A stretch of DNA of 64,000 nucleotides. Origin: Candidatus Hydrogenedentota bacterium. Lineage in GTDB: Bacteria > Hydrogenedentota > Hydrogenedentia > Hydrogenedentales > JAEUWI01. The notes beneath the pieces were generated by a model, which saw nothing but the letters and a program-made list of their open reading frames with translations, did no database searches and was not told the DNA's origin. Shown piece after piece: positions 19,150-27,935 of this stretch. The translations under genes and the position numbers were made by a program. Positions within the stretch are counted from its first letter, which is position 1. Each line of letters starts with the position of its first letter. The stretch is taken from assembly GCA_034669905.1 (NCBI GenBank), contig JAXMOL010000010.1, forward strand, positions 32,001 through 96,000, given 5' to 3'.

Positions 19150-19899
19150 ATGCAGAACCGCTTTTTGACACTTCGGGAGCAGTGGATACTGATTGGCGTG
19201 GCCGCAGCCATCGTTCTCGGCTGTGTGGTCCTGGTTTGGCGTGGCACCGAAACAAGCGCCGAGCACCATTTCCAGCCACGGCCCACACCGGCGCAGGTGC
19301 CTGCTCCGGCAGCGCCGTCGACCCCCTCTCCACCGGCGAAGCCCATTGACCTGACACCGCCTGAAAAGCTGGCGGTGGGTATTCTGGGTGCGGTGGAGCA
19401 GGAGGGGCTCTACTATTTCAACGCAGGCCAGCGGGTCAACGATCTCCTGAAAGCCGCCGGGGGAACCCGTCCCGAAGCCGACCTCTCCGACATCAACCGG
19501 ACGGCCCACCTCATCGATGCGACAACCCTCCTGGTACCCGAGAAAGTCGAGGACAATGGCGTGGTCTATTCCTATCCGACAACCACCTACAATCCCACGC
19601 CCTACACCCGCTCGGCCTGGTATCGGCTGGAGGAACCCGTCGCTGCCGATTCCGCGCCGACACCCGCAGTGCGCGCCACCCATGCCCGCGCCACGCCCCG
19701 CGGCGCCGGACCCGTCAACATCAACACGGCATCCAAGAGCGAACTTGAGACCCTGCCGGGCATTGGCCCCGCCACGGCGCAGAAGATTATAGTCTTCCGC
19801 CAGACCCAACCCTTCTACGCGCCAGAAGACCTGGAAAAAGTACCGGGTATCGGACCCGCAAAAATGGCCGCCGTGCGAAATTTGATCGCCGTAAACTGA
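19150..19899 (+). CDS. comEA: ComEA-family DNA uptake protein (SLBB + helix-hairpin-helix)
   Basis: N-terminal TM; GAVEQEGLY...RVNDLLKAAGG (SLBB); VNINTASKSELETLPGIGPATAQKI and VPGIG (HhH). Start set at the ATG at 19150. Confidence 0.88.
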   Translation: MQNRFLTLREQWILIGVAAAIVLGCVVLVWRGTETSAEHHFQPRPTPAQVPAPAAPSTPSPPAKPIDLTPPEKLAVGILGAVEQEGLYYFNAGQRVNDLLKAAGGTRPEADLSDINRTAHLIDATTLLVPEKVEDNGVVYSYPTTTYNPTPYTRSAWYRLEEPVAADSAPTPAVRATHARATPRGAGPVNINTASKSELETLPGIGPATAQKIIVFRQTQPFYAPEDLEKVPGIGPAKMAAVRNLIAVN

Positions 19900-19983
19900 C
19901 CTTTTTCCGTGGACACGGTGGACAGCGACTAACGCGAAAGTCGAACCCACACCCGTTCCGCCGCCGGCGCACGCTACGCGCAA

Positions 19984-20102
19984 TTCACCCTTCACCCTTC
20001 ACCCTTCACCCTTCACCCTTCACCCTTCACCCTTCACCCTTCACCCTTCACCCTTCACCCTTCAAACTTCAAACTTCAAACTTCAAACTTCAAACTTCAA
20101 AC
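19984..20102. repeat. Compound heptamer tandem repeat (TTCACCC)11(TTCAAAC)6
   Basis: Counted directly: 19984-20060 and 20061-20102. Confidence 0.95.
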
Positions 20103-21036
20103 TTAACTTCTCCCGCGCCTTGACCAGCCGGGTAATCATTTGGTTCACCGGGCACGCCACGCCAACCGCCTCACCGAAACGAACAATCGCCCCGTTGAGC
20201 GCGTCTATCTCGGAGCGGCGCCCGAGCCGAAAGTCTTCGTGGGTACTGCCATAGTGGGCCGCCGTCGGGGGCACGAGCTTTTCATAAAAGAGCGTCATGT
20301 ACTCCGCAGGGGTCGCCGGTTCCATAACCAGCCCCCGGGCCGCCGCAACGGCGTAAAGCTCGGCAACCACATCTTCCATGATAGCCCGGGTCTCGGCCAT
20401 CTCGGGCAGTGTTCCGTAGGGCACATCCAGGAGGGCGCACAGGGCATTCAGGGCCGAATTATAGGCCACCTTCCGCCAGAGTTCCCCGCCAATCTGGTCG
20501 GAGAAGACGGTGGGAAGGGCCGCATCATCGAGGGCCTGGGCGAGCTCTTTAACCCGTACCGCAGGAGGCCCCACGTCATAGACCCCCAACGCCGTGGGAC
20601 GGGCAATAACGGTCACGTCCACATGGCCCGGTTCCGGCACCTGGACCCCAAAAATCACCATAGCCTCCACGACCCGCTCCCAGCCCACGACGTCGGCGAT
20701 AGCCTCCGCGTTGCCCAGCCCGTTCTGATACGAGCAGACCAGGGTATTTTGCGACAAGAGCGGTGCGATGGCCGCTACCACCTCGGCCGTGTCATAGGAT
20801 TTCACCGCGATGAAGATGACGTCGTAGTCGGTGCCCACCGCGGCACCGGCCGATGTGCACGTGGTGATACCCGGAATGGTGTGCTCCCCCCAGATGCCCG
20901 TTACCCGAAGTCCCTGCTTCGCAATGGCGTTCATATGGGCTTCCCGCCCCACCAAAGTCACCCCGTGTCCCGCACGGGCCATGAACCCGCCTAAAATCGT
21001 ACCCAGCGCACCCGCGCCCATCACTAAAACCTGCAT
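20083..21036 (-). CDS. panE: 2-dehydropantoate 2-reductase (ketopantoate reductase)
   Basis: GAGALG, VKSYD, QNGLG, WRKVAYN, SEIDALNG; start at the ATG at 21036 (RBS AAGGAG). Confidence 0.9.
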   Translation of the reverse strand: MQVLVMGAGALGTILGGFMARAGHGVTLVGREAHMNAIAKQGLRVTGIWGEHTIPGITTCTSAGAAVGTDYDVIFIAVKSYDTAEVVAAIAPLLSQNTLVCSYQNGLGNAEAIADVVGWERVVEAMVIFGVQVPEPGHVDVTVIARPTALGVYDVGPPAVRVKELAQALDDAALPTVFSDQIGGELWRKVAYNSALNALCALLDVPYGTLPEMAETRAIMEDVVAELYAVAAARGLVMEPATPAEYMTLFYEKLVPPTAAHYGSTHEDFRLGRRSEIDALNGAIVRFGEAVGVACPVNQMITRLVKAREKLSLKFEV

Positions 21037-21171
21037 GAATGGTTGTCTCCTTCCAGACAGCATTATTGTACGGGAATGGCACCGGGGACTGCACCGACGC
21101 GATGTCGAAATGGTAGCCAACCACACCGTGTGGCCAAACAACCCACTGGGAGATTTATCAAGAGCCTGGAC

Positions 21172-21335
21172 GTCGGGGCTGTCCCCCTCCTCACACCCAC
21201 GTTACCTTAATAGGGCAACGACACCTCTCAAAGGCGACGCCGGGTGCCACCCTCAAGCGGAGGAGCAAAGCGGGGGAAGTTTGTGGGTGTGTTAGTTTAC
21301 GGCCACGTCGCTTCTAGGAGGGGGACGGCCCCGAC
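21172..21335. mobile_element. MITE/REP-like element with 20-bp terminal inverted repeats, enclosing a GGGTGCCACCC-family repeat
   Basis: GTCGGGGCTGTCCCCCTCCT (21172-21191) and AGGAGGGGGACGGCCCCGAC (21316-21335) are 19/20 complementary; internal 48-bp repeat at 21242-21289. Confidence 0.7.
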
Positions 21336-21427
21336 TGCCAAATAAAACATCCTTACTGCCGCACCCCGCTTACCGCCAAGACAGACACCCGCCTGCCCCC
21401 CGCACACCACGTCGGTGCAGTCCCCGC

Positions 21428-21456
21428 TTGCACCGTCCCCCGGCCTCCTTTACACT
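21428..21456 (+). promoter_or_regulatory. sigma70-type promoter of the third PSD1 gene
   Basis: TTGCAC-17 bp-TACACT. Confidence 0.55.
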
Positions 21457-21489
21457 TAGGTGTTGCAACAACCCCTGGAACCTATCGCG

Positions 21490-23889
21490 ATGAAGTGGAA
21501 TGCTACTACCCTGGGACTCGCCCTGCTGGCATTCGGCATGGCCGATCCGAGCCAAGGCAACGAGGCCCCGTTGTCCTTCAACAAAGACATCCGCCCCATC
21601 CTGGCCGAGCATTGTTTCGCCTGCCACGGCCAGGACGGTGCCGCGCGGAAGGCCGGTTTGCGCCTCGACACGGAGGAAGGTGCACGGGCCGCCCTGAAAT
21701 CGGGTGCCGCCGCCATCGTCCCGGGTGACGCCTCCGCGAGTGCGCTCATCCACCGTGTCACCACCACCGACGCCGAGGACCGCATGCCCCCTTCCGACAA
21801 GGGCGAGGCCCTCAGTGCGGCCGAGATAACATCTCTGCGCACGTGGATTCACCAGGGCGCGGCCTACGAAATCCATTGGGCCTATATCGCCCCCGAGAAA
21901 CCGGCGGTGCCGACGGTCCAGCATACGGAATGGCCCCAGAACGATATCGACTATTTTGTCTTGGCCCGGCTCGAGGCAGAGGGGCTTGCCCCTTCTCCCC
22001 CGGCAGACCGTTACACCTTGCTGCGTCGCCTCAACTTCGACGTGATTGGCCTGCCGCCCACGGTGGAAGAGGCCGATGCCTTCGTGGCGGACCAACGCAG
22101 CGACGCCTTGGAGTGGGTGCTCGACCGTCTCTTCGCCAGCCCCCACTATGGCGAACACCGGGCCCGCTATTGGCTCGATCTGGCGCGCTATGCGGACAGC
22201 AATGGCTATCACATCGACGCGCCCCGGAGTATGTGGCCCTACCGCGACTGGGTCATCCGCGCCTACAACCAGAACATGCCCTTCGATCAGTTCACCCGGG
22301 AACAACTCGCCGGTGACTTGCTGCCCGATGCCACAATAGACCAGCGGATTGCCACGGGCTTTCACCGCAACACCATGCTGAACGAAGAGGGCGGCATTGA
22401 CCCCGAGGAATTCCGGACCAAGTCGGTCGTGGATCGGGTGGATGCCACCATGACCACGTGGATGGGCACGACGATGGCCTGCGCCCAGTGCCACGACCAC
22501 AAATACGACCCCTTCACCCAGAAGGAGTTCTATGAGTTCTACGCCTTCTTTAATACCGTCCCGGAAGTCGGCGGCGGTACCTTCCAGAGCCGTGCGCCCC
22601 TGATCGCGCTTCCGCCCAATGCGACCTTGCAGGCCGAACTGGACGGTCTCCGCTCCGTCATCGCCTCCCTCAAGGCGTCCCTTCCCCCCGCACCGGAGGG
22701 TACGGAAACAGCGGAAGAGAAACCGAAAGACGCCCCGCCCACGCGACTGGAGCGCCTGGAAAAAGAGCTGGCAGAAAAAGAGAAGGAAATTGTCACCACC
22801 CTGGTCATGGCGGAGATGGAAGCGCCCCGGGAAACCCACATTTTCGCACGGGGAGACTTCCTCCAGCCCGGCGAGCGGGTGCTGCCGGGAACGCCCGCCG
22901 TCTTACCGACACCCGACACCCCGACAGAGGGCACGCTGACGCGACTGGACCTGGCCAATTGGTTGGTTGACCCCGCCCACCCCCTGACAGCCCGGGTCAC
23001 CGTCAACCAACTCTGGCAACAACTCTTTGGCCGGGGCCTGGTCTCCACCCCGGAAGACTTTGGCACCCGGGGCGCGGCACCCTCTCACCCGGATCTCCTC
23101 GATTACCTCGCCGTGACCTTCGTGGAAAGCGGGTGGGACGTGAAGGGCCTCCTGCGCATGATAGTTTCCTCCGCGACCTACCAACAGCGCACCGATGTGG
23201 GGCCCGACGCCTACACCCGCGACCCCGACAATGTGTTGCTCGCACGGGGACCGCGCTTCCGTCTGGACGCCGAAACGATCCGGGACAATGCCCTGGTCAT
23301 CAGCGGCCTGTTGACCCGGACCGTCGGCGGTAAAAGCGTCCACCCCTATCAACCCCCCGGCCTCTGGGAAGAAAAGGCCCTGACCGGCTATGGTGCGGGC
23401 CTGTGGCCGGAAACCACGGGGGCCGACCTCTATCGCCGCGGCATGTACACCTACCGCCGCCGCTCTGTGCCCTACCCGACCTTCCAGGCCTTCGACACCC
23501 CCGGCTTTGAATACTGCACCGCCGAACGCCCCCGAACCAATACGCCCCTGCAGGCCCTCACAACCATGAACGACCCCCAGTTCATCGAGGCGGCCCGGGT
23601 CTTTGCGGAGCGCATCCTGCGCGAGGGTGGGGACGATCTGGAAGCACAGGTAGACTTTGCCCTGCGCCACTGCCTTATTCGGTTACCGCGCGCCGAAGAA
23701 CACGCGCTGTTGGTGGAGCTCTTCGGCAACGAGTTCACTGGATTCCTGGAGGACGGGGAAGCCGCCCGCCAACTGATTAACCAGGGTCGCGCGCCTGTTC
23801 CGAAAGATTTACACGAGCCCGCGCTCGCCGCCTGGACCACGCTGGCGACCATCTTGCTGAATCTGGATGAGACCGTGACGAAGAGCTAG
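21490..23889 (+). CDS. Planctomycete cytochrome c + DUF1549 + DUF1553 protein (short central insert)
   Basis: Signal peptide; FNKDIRPILAEHCFACHG; CAQCHDHKYDP; NTPLQALTTMND; LNLDETVTK. Start set at the ATG at 21490. Confidence 0.9.
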   Translation: MKWNATTLGLALLAFGMADPSQGNEAPLSFNKDIRPILAEHCFACHGQDGAARKAGLRLDTEEGARAALKSGAAAIVPGDASASALIHRVTTTDAEDRMPPSDKGEALSAAEITSLRTWIHQGAAYEIHWAYIAPEKPAVPTVQHTEWPQNDIDYFVLARLEAEGLAPSPPADRYTLLRRLNFDVIGLPPTVEEADAFVADQRSDALEWVLDRLFASPHYGEHRARYWLDLARYADSNGYHIDAPRSMWPYRDWVIRAYNQNMPFDQFTREQLAGDLLPDATIDQRIATGFHRNTMLNEEGGIDPEEFRTKSVVDRVDATMTTWMGTTMACAQCHDHKYDPFTQKEFYEFYAFFNTVPEVGGGTFQSRAPLIALPPNATLQAELDGLRSVIASLKASLPPAPEGTETAEEKPKDAPPTRLERLEKELAEKEKEIVTTLVMAEMEAPRETHIFARGDFLQPGERVLPGTPAVLPTPDTPTEGTLTRLDLANWLVDPAHPLTARVTVNQLWQQLFGRGLVSTPEDFGTRGAAPSHPDLLDYLAVTFVESGWDVKGLLRMIVSSATYQQRTDVGPDAYTRDPDNVLLARGPRFRLDAETIRDNALVISGLLTRTVGGKSVHPYQPPGLWEEKALTGYGAGLWPETTGADLYRRGMYTYRRRSVPYPTFQAFDTPGFEYCTAERPRTNTPLQALTTMNDPQFIEAARVFAERILREGGDDLEAQVDFALRHCLIRLPRAEEHALLVELFGNEFTGFLEDGEAARQLINQGRAPVPKDLHEPALAAWTTLATILLNLDETVTKS

Positions 23890-24046
23890 GACAAAGGACC
23901 TGAAGGACTGAAAGGACCCAAAGGACAAGAACTCACCGATCTCCAGGAATCGCTATATCGGTAAGAGCACTTCAGCCTATAACGCGATTCGTTCAAGAAA
24001 TCCCACCACCGTCCTTTTCGTCTTTTATGTCGTTTATGTCCTTTGG
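23888..24046. repeat. Inverted pair of 9-bp periodic arrays (AGGAC core / GTCCT core)
   Basis: AGGAC at 23895, 23904, 23913, 23922; complementary GTCCT/GTCTT/GTCGT/GTCCT at 24011, 24020, 24029, 24038. Confidence 0.75.
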
Positions 24047-24082
24047 GGACGCATGCAATCAAGATTTGTCGTCCGCACACGG

Positions 24083-24457
24083 TTATTCGGTCTTTTCTAA
24101 CGACTCACGCAACGCGTTCAACTCGCGACCAATGAGATATTGGCCCTTGCTCAATATAGCCGGGATATCGCGTGTCTGACGCAGCACCGCGACAATAGCG
24201 ATCTGGCCCTTGCCCAACGGCTCATAGACCAAGTAATGTTCGCGAATCGGATGAAGCAACAGCCCCGTTCCCCCGGCAAGCTCTTCGCGCGACTGAAATG
24301 TCTTGCAATCTTTCGCAAGCCGCTTGGCCGCCTCGTCAAGCTCAACGAAGTACGCTTCCGTCAGCTTAGGTCCCCAGCGGCGCAAAGACCATGCTTTCGC
24401 TTCCCGCAAATGCCGACGAGCGGTCACCGTGAGCAGGTACGGCTTCTTCTTGGCCAC
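24083..24457 (-). CDS. parE: ParE/RelE-family toxin
   Basis: YLLTVTARRHL...WG..TEAY...HYLVYE...IVAVLRQTRD pattern; downstream of an RHH antitoxin. Confidence 0.8.
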   Translation of the reverse strand: MAKKKPYLLTVTARRHLREAKAWSLRRWGPKLTEAYFVELDEAAKRLAKDCKTFQSREELAGGTGLLLHPIREHYLVYEPLGKGQIAIVAVLRQTRDIPAILSKGQYLIGRELNALRESLEKTE

Positions 24458-24466
24458 GTTAGCCCC

Positions 24467-24694
24467 CTACGCCTCGTGGAGAATATCAAGGATGCTCTCT
24501 TCGGCAAACTGACCGCTGCGGGCTTCCGCCAGGCCTTGGGCAACATCGCGGACGATGGCCCAATCCTCCATGTCGCGCCGAATAAGATCACGAATATACT
24601 CGCTCGGGGTGGCATAGACGTCCCCATCGCCCGCGCGACTATCGACATAGCGACGCAATTCATCGGTGAGAGACAGGTTTAGACTACTGGGCAT
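24467..24694 (-). CDS. parD: ParD-like ribbon-helix-helix antitoxin
   Basis: LNLSLTDELRRYVD...GDVYATPSEYIRDLIRRD. Confidence 0.82.
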   Translation of the reverse strand: MPSSLNLSLTDELRRYVDSRAGDGDVYATPSEYIRDLIRRDMEDWAIVRDVAQGLAEARSGQFAEESILDILHEA

Positions 24695-24727
24695 AGGGAA
24701 TCCTTTCTTGCGCCTTCATACAAGACC

Positions 24728-24756
24728 AAAATACCATGGATGGCAAGAAATGGCAA
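24728..24756 (-). promoter_or_regulatory. Promoter/operator of the leftward TA pair
   Basis: Minus strand TTGCCA-17 bp-(TGG)TATTTT, with tandem TTGCCAT repeats. Confidence 0.55.
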
Positions 24757-24814
24757 AAATCGCCATTCATATTTGATGTTCGAAGAGGCATTGTTCCATT
24801 GTCAGTCGCCCAAA

Positions 24815-24843
24815 TTGACAAAGATTGCCAATACTGAGATAAT
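24815..24843 (+). promoter_or_regulatory. Promoter/operator of the rightward TA pair (probably leaderless transcript)
   Basis: TTGACA-17 bp-GATAAT, with only 6 nt before the ATG at 24850; near-palindrome TTGACAA-AGA-TTGCCAA overlaps the -35. Confidence 0.7.
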
Positions 24844-24849
24844 TTCATC

Positions 24850-25164
24850 ATGCCAACACAAAACGTAAATATCACCGAGGCCCAAGCCGAATTTATCCGC
24901 CTGAGTGTGGAGTCGGGCGACTACAACAACGCCAGCGAACTCGTGCGCGAAGCCCTTCGGCTGTTGAAAGAGCACAAAGATGAGCACCAGGCGCGGGTGG
25001 CGTACCTGCGGGGAGAGTTGCAGAAAGCCTATGATGCGCGAGAGCGGCGGGAATATATTGATCTCCACGGCAAAGAGGATATCCAGGCGTTGCGTGAATC
25101 AATGCGGCGCGAGCGGCTTGAGAAACTGGCACAATTGAGCAATGCGTCATCTTCGGCTGAGTGA
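24850..25164 (+). CDS. parD: ParD-family antitoxin
   Basis: MPTQNVNIT...FI...VESGDYNNASELVREALRLL. Confidence 0.88.
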   Translation: MPTQNVNITEAQAEFIRLSVESGDYNNASELVREALRLLKEHKDEHQARVAYLRGELQKAYDARERREYIDLHGKEDIQALRESMRRERLEKLAQLSNASSSAE

Positions 25165-25492
25165 GCCCGCCCGCAGCGATCTCGAAAGCGTCTGGTGGTA
25201 TACGTATGATCGATACGGGCTTAACCAGGCTGAAGCCTATGACACGCTGCTCTGGCAGGCGCTTGAATACATCGAGGAGGACCCAAGCCGACCTACAAGT
25301 CGCTTGGAGCCGGAACTCGGACCCCACGTGAGGAGTTATCATATTGCCCTGAGCAAAAAGCGCAGTGGCACGCACATTGGTAAGCCGAGGCATCTGGTGT
25401 TATACACACTGGAATTTGAAAACGAGATTTTCGTCATGCGAATCCTCAAAGACAATATGGACGCACCCCGGCACCTTGGGGATTTGGATTGA
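25142..25492 (+). CDS. parE: ParE-family toxin
   Basis: LSEPARSDLESVWWYTYDRYGLNQAEAY...RHLVLY...VMRIL...MDAPRHL; overlaps the antitoxin stop. Confidence 0.88.
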   Translation: MRHLRLSEPARSDLESVWWYTYDRYGLNQAEAYDTLLWQALEYIEEDPSRPTSRLEPELGPHVRSYHIALSKKRSGTHIGKPRHLVLYTLEFENEIFVMRILKDNMDAPRHLGDLD

Positions 25493-25496
25493 TACC

Positions 25497-26921
25497 ATGA
25501 ACCTCGACCTCGCCCACAGCAAAGCCATCACCCGACGTCAGTTCTTCAATCGCTCTGCCACGGGGGTGGGTGTCGCGGCACTGGCCTCCCTCCTCGGGGT
25601 CAACAGTGAGGCCGCCATCCAGACAAAGCTCTCCCACATGGCCCCTCGCGCCAAGCGGGTCATCTACATGTTTATGTCGGGCGCGCCGTCCCACCTGGAC
25701 CTCTATGACTATAAACCTTACCTCGTCAAACACGATGGCGAGCCCGTGCCCGAATCCTTCATGGAGCAGCGCTTCGCCTTTCTCAAAGGCGTGCCCAATA
25801 TTGGCGGCACGCGGTGGCAGTTTAAACAACATGGCCAGAGCGGTGCGTGGTTCAGCGAACTGCTCCCCCACATAGCCACCATCGCCGACGACATTGCCGT
25901 CGTCCAGTCCATGCACACCGAGCAATTTAATCACGACCCGGCGGTCACCTTTCTGAATAGCGGTTCGCCTCTCACCGGACGGCCCTCCATGGGGGCCTGG
26001 GCGAGTTATGGCCTGGGCAGTGACAACCAGGACCTGCCCGCCTTTGTGGTCCTCAAATCGGGCGAAGGCACCCAGCCCATTCAGAGCCGCTATTGGGGCA
26101 ATGGCTTTTTGCCCTCTACCCACCAGGGCGTCCAATTCCGCAGCCAGGGCGACCCGGTCCTCTTTGTGAACAACCCCGACGGCATCGACCCGGCCCGCCG
26201 CCGCACCACCATCGACGCCATCAACCAGATGAACCGCTGGCAGTATGAAAGCGTGGGCGACCCCGAAATCGCGACCCGTATCGAGGCCTTTGAGCTCGCC
26301 TATCGCATGCAGACCAGCGTCCCTGAGCTCATGGACATCTCCAGCGAGCCTGAATCCGTCCACGAACTTTATGGCGTGGAGCCGGGCAAGACCTCTTTCG
26401 CCAACAACGCCCTCCTGGCCCGACGCCTGGTGGAGCGGGGCGTCCGATTCGTCCAACTCTTCCACACGGGCTGGGATCACCACGGCGGCTCGGGCAAACA
26501 AAACCTCATTGGCGACTTGCCCGTGGAAGCGGAGGCCATCGACCGCCCGGCGGCCGCCCTTGTGAAGGACCTCAAACAACGGGGCCTCCTGGACGAGACC
26601 CTCGTCATCTGGGGCGGCGAATTTGGCCGCACCCCCATGGTGCAGGGCAAGGTCACCAAAGAAAGTATGGGACGGGACCACAACCCCCGGGCCTTCACCC
26701 TCTGGATGGCAGGCGGCGGCATCCAACCCGGCATCGTCCACGGCGCCACCGACGAATTTGGTTACAATGTGGCGAAGGATCCGGTCCACGTCCATGACTT
26801 TCAGGCCACCATCCTCCACTGTCTGGGGATGGATCACGAGAAACTCACCTACCGATTCCAGGGCCGGGACTTCCGACTTACCGACGTGGCAGGCAAAGTG
26901 GTGGATGGCCTGCTGGCCTGA
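25497..26921 (+). CDS. DUF1501 family protein with Tat-like signal
   Basis: TRRQFF, GAPSHLDLYDYKP, GWDHH, GGEFGRTP, GRDHN; start at the ATG at 25497 by alignment with the 17585 paralog. Confidence 0.9.
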   Translation: MNLDLAHSKAITRRQFFNRSATGVGVAALASLLGVNSEAAIQTKLSHMAPRAKRVIYMFMSGAPSHLDLYDYKPYLVKHDGEPVPESFMEQRFAFLKGVPNIGGTRWQFKQHGQSGAWFSELLPHIATIADDIAVVQSMHTEQFNHDPAVTFLNSGSPLTGRPSMGAWASYGLGSDNQDLPAFVVLKSGEGTQPIQSRYWGNGFLPSTHQGVQFRSQGDPVLFVNNPDGIDPARRRTTIDAINQMNRWQYESVGDPEIATRIEAFELAYRMQTSVPELMDISSEPESVHELYGVEPGKTSFANNALLARRLVERGVRFVQLFHTGWDHHGGSGKQNLIGDLPVEAEAIDRPAAALVKDLKQRGLLDETLVIWGGEFGRTPMVQGKVTKESMGRDHNPRAFTLWMAGGGIQPGIVHGATDEFGYNVAKDPVHVHDFQATILHCLGMDHEKLTYRFQGRDFRLTDVAGKVVDGLLA

Positions 26922-26989
26922 CCGGCGAAGTACCGTATGCTACATGACCGAATCCGCGACACCCACAGCTGCTGTTCAAAAGGAATTGT

Positions 26990-27610
26990 ATGATGAAATC
27001 GTTCTTGCTAATGGGTATCGTCGGCGTGGTAGCCCTTTGTGGCTATGCCGTTGCCGGCAATTATCTCCTGAGCATTGATGGCCAGGAGTTTGAAATTGAG
27101 TTGGGTGAAGAGACGGCACTCAGTCTCCCGGATGGCAATCGCGTTCAAATTAAACTGAACAAGAAAGCCATTGTGCGTTTCCAAACAGACACCTTCTCCT
27201 TCGAACATCCGAGCGCCTTTACCCCTTCGCGCACGAATCTGGGAGACGGCATCCATCAAACCATGATGAGCTCCCCCGTCGGCACCCTGGTTATGGTGCA
27301 AGAATATGGCGACATAGACCCTTCCACCCTGGTCGACCTCATGCTCAACGAGTTGACGAAGGAAGAAAAGAATTACGGCTACAAGATCGTCACTTCCTCC
27401 ACCACCAGGAAACTTACGGACGGCACAACCCTCTCCGGGAAGAAAGCCACTTCCACCTATCGGGGGGAAGAACGCACCTTACACGTCCTTTATCACGCCG
27501 TCAAAGATGCGGGGATTCTGTTCATTACGGGTATAGACGGCGATGCCACTTCCGAAGATCAGGCCATGATGACTACCTTTTGGAAATCGCTGGCGCTCTC
27601 GTTGGAGTAG
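26990..27610 (+). CDS. Secreted hypothetical protein
   Basis: Sec signal peptide, RBS AAGGA, 206-aa ORF filling the gap between neighbours. Confidence 0.7.
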   Translation: MMKSFLLMGIVGVVALCGYAVAGNYLLSIDGQEFEIELGEETALSLPDGNRVQIKLNKKAIVRFQTDTFSFEHPSAFTPSRTNLGDGIHQTMMSSPVGTLVMVQEYGDIDPSTLVDLMLNELTKEEKNYGYKIVTSSTTRKLTDGTTLSGKKATSTYRGEERTLHVLYHAVKDAGILFITGIDGDATSEDQAMMTTFWKSLALSLE

Positions 27611-27633
27611 GCGGGTCGCTGGCGGAACCCCAT

Positions 27634-27816
27634 CGTGCCGCGCGATCCCGTGGAACGAGGATTCGTGTGCATGGATGTAGCATCAATCACCCTGGGAACC
27701 GGGCTCTGGACCCACGCACGAACCCTTTCCGAAAGCCCTACTTCCCGCCAAATGCCATCAATCCATCCCAATCTCACCGCCCACCAATGACCCATCAAAC
27801 GGGATCGCGCGGCACG
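27634..27816. mobile_element. 183-bp MITE-like element (copy A) with perfect 18-bp terminal inverted repeats
   Basis: CGTGCCGCGCGATCCCGT (27634-27651) and ACGGGATCGCGCGGCACG (27799-27816); second copy at 29069-29661. Confidence 0.8.
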
Positions 27817-27935
27817 GCTGAGAATCTGGAAACCATCTTGATTCTCGAATCGCCTTCCATTTGAACTCCCGCCCCCATACCCTCTAAAGTAGCGCCACAC
27901 CTTTATACCTCATCAACCTACAAAAGGGTCTCATC

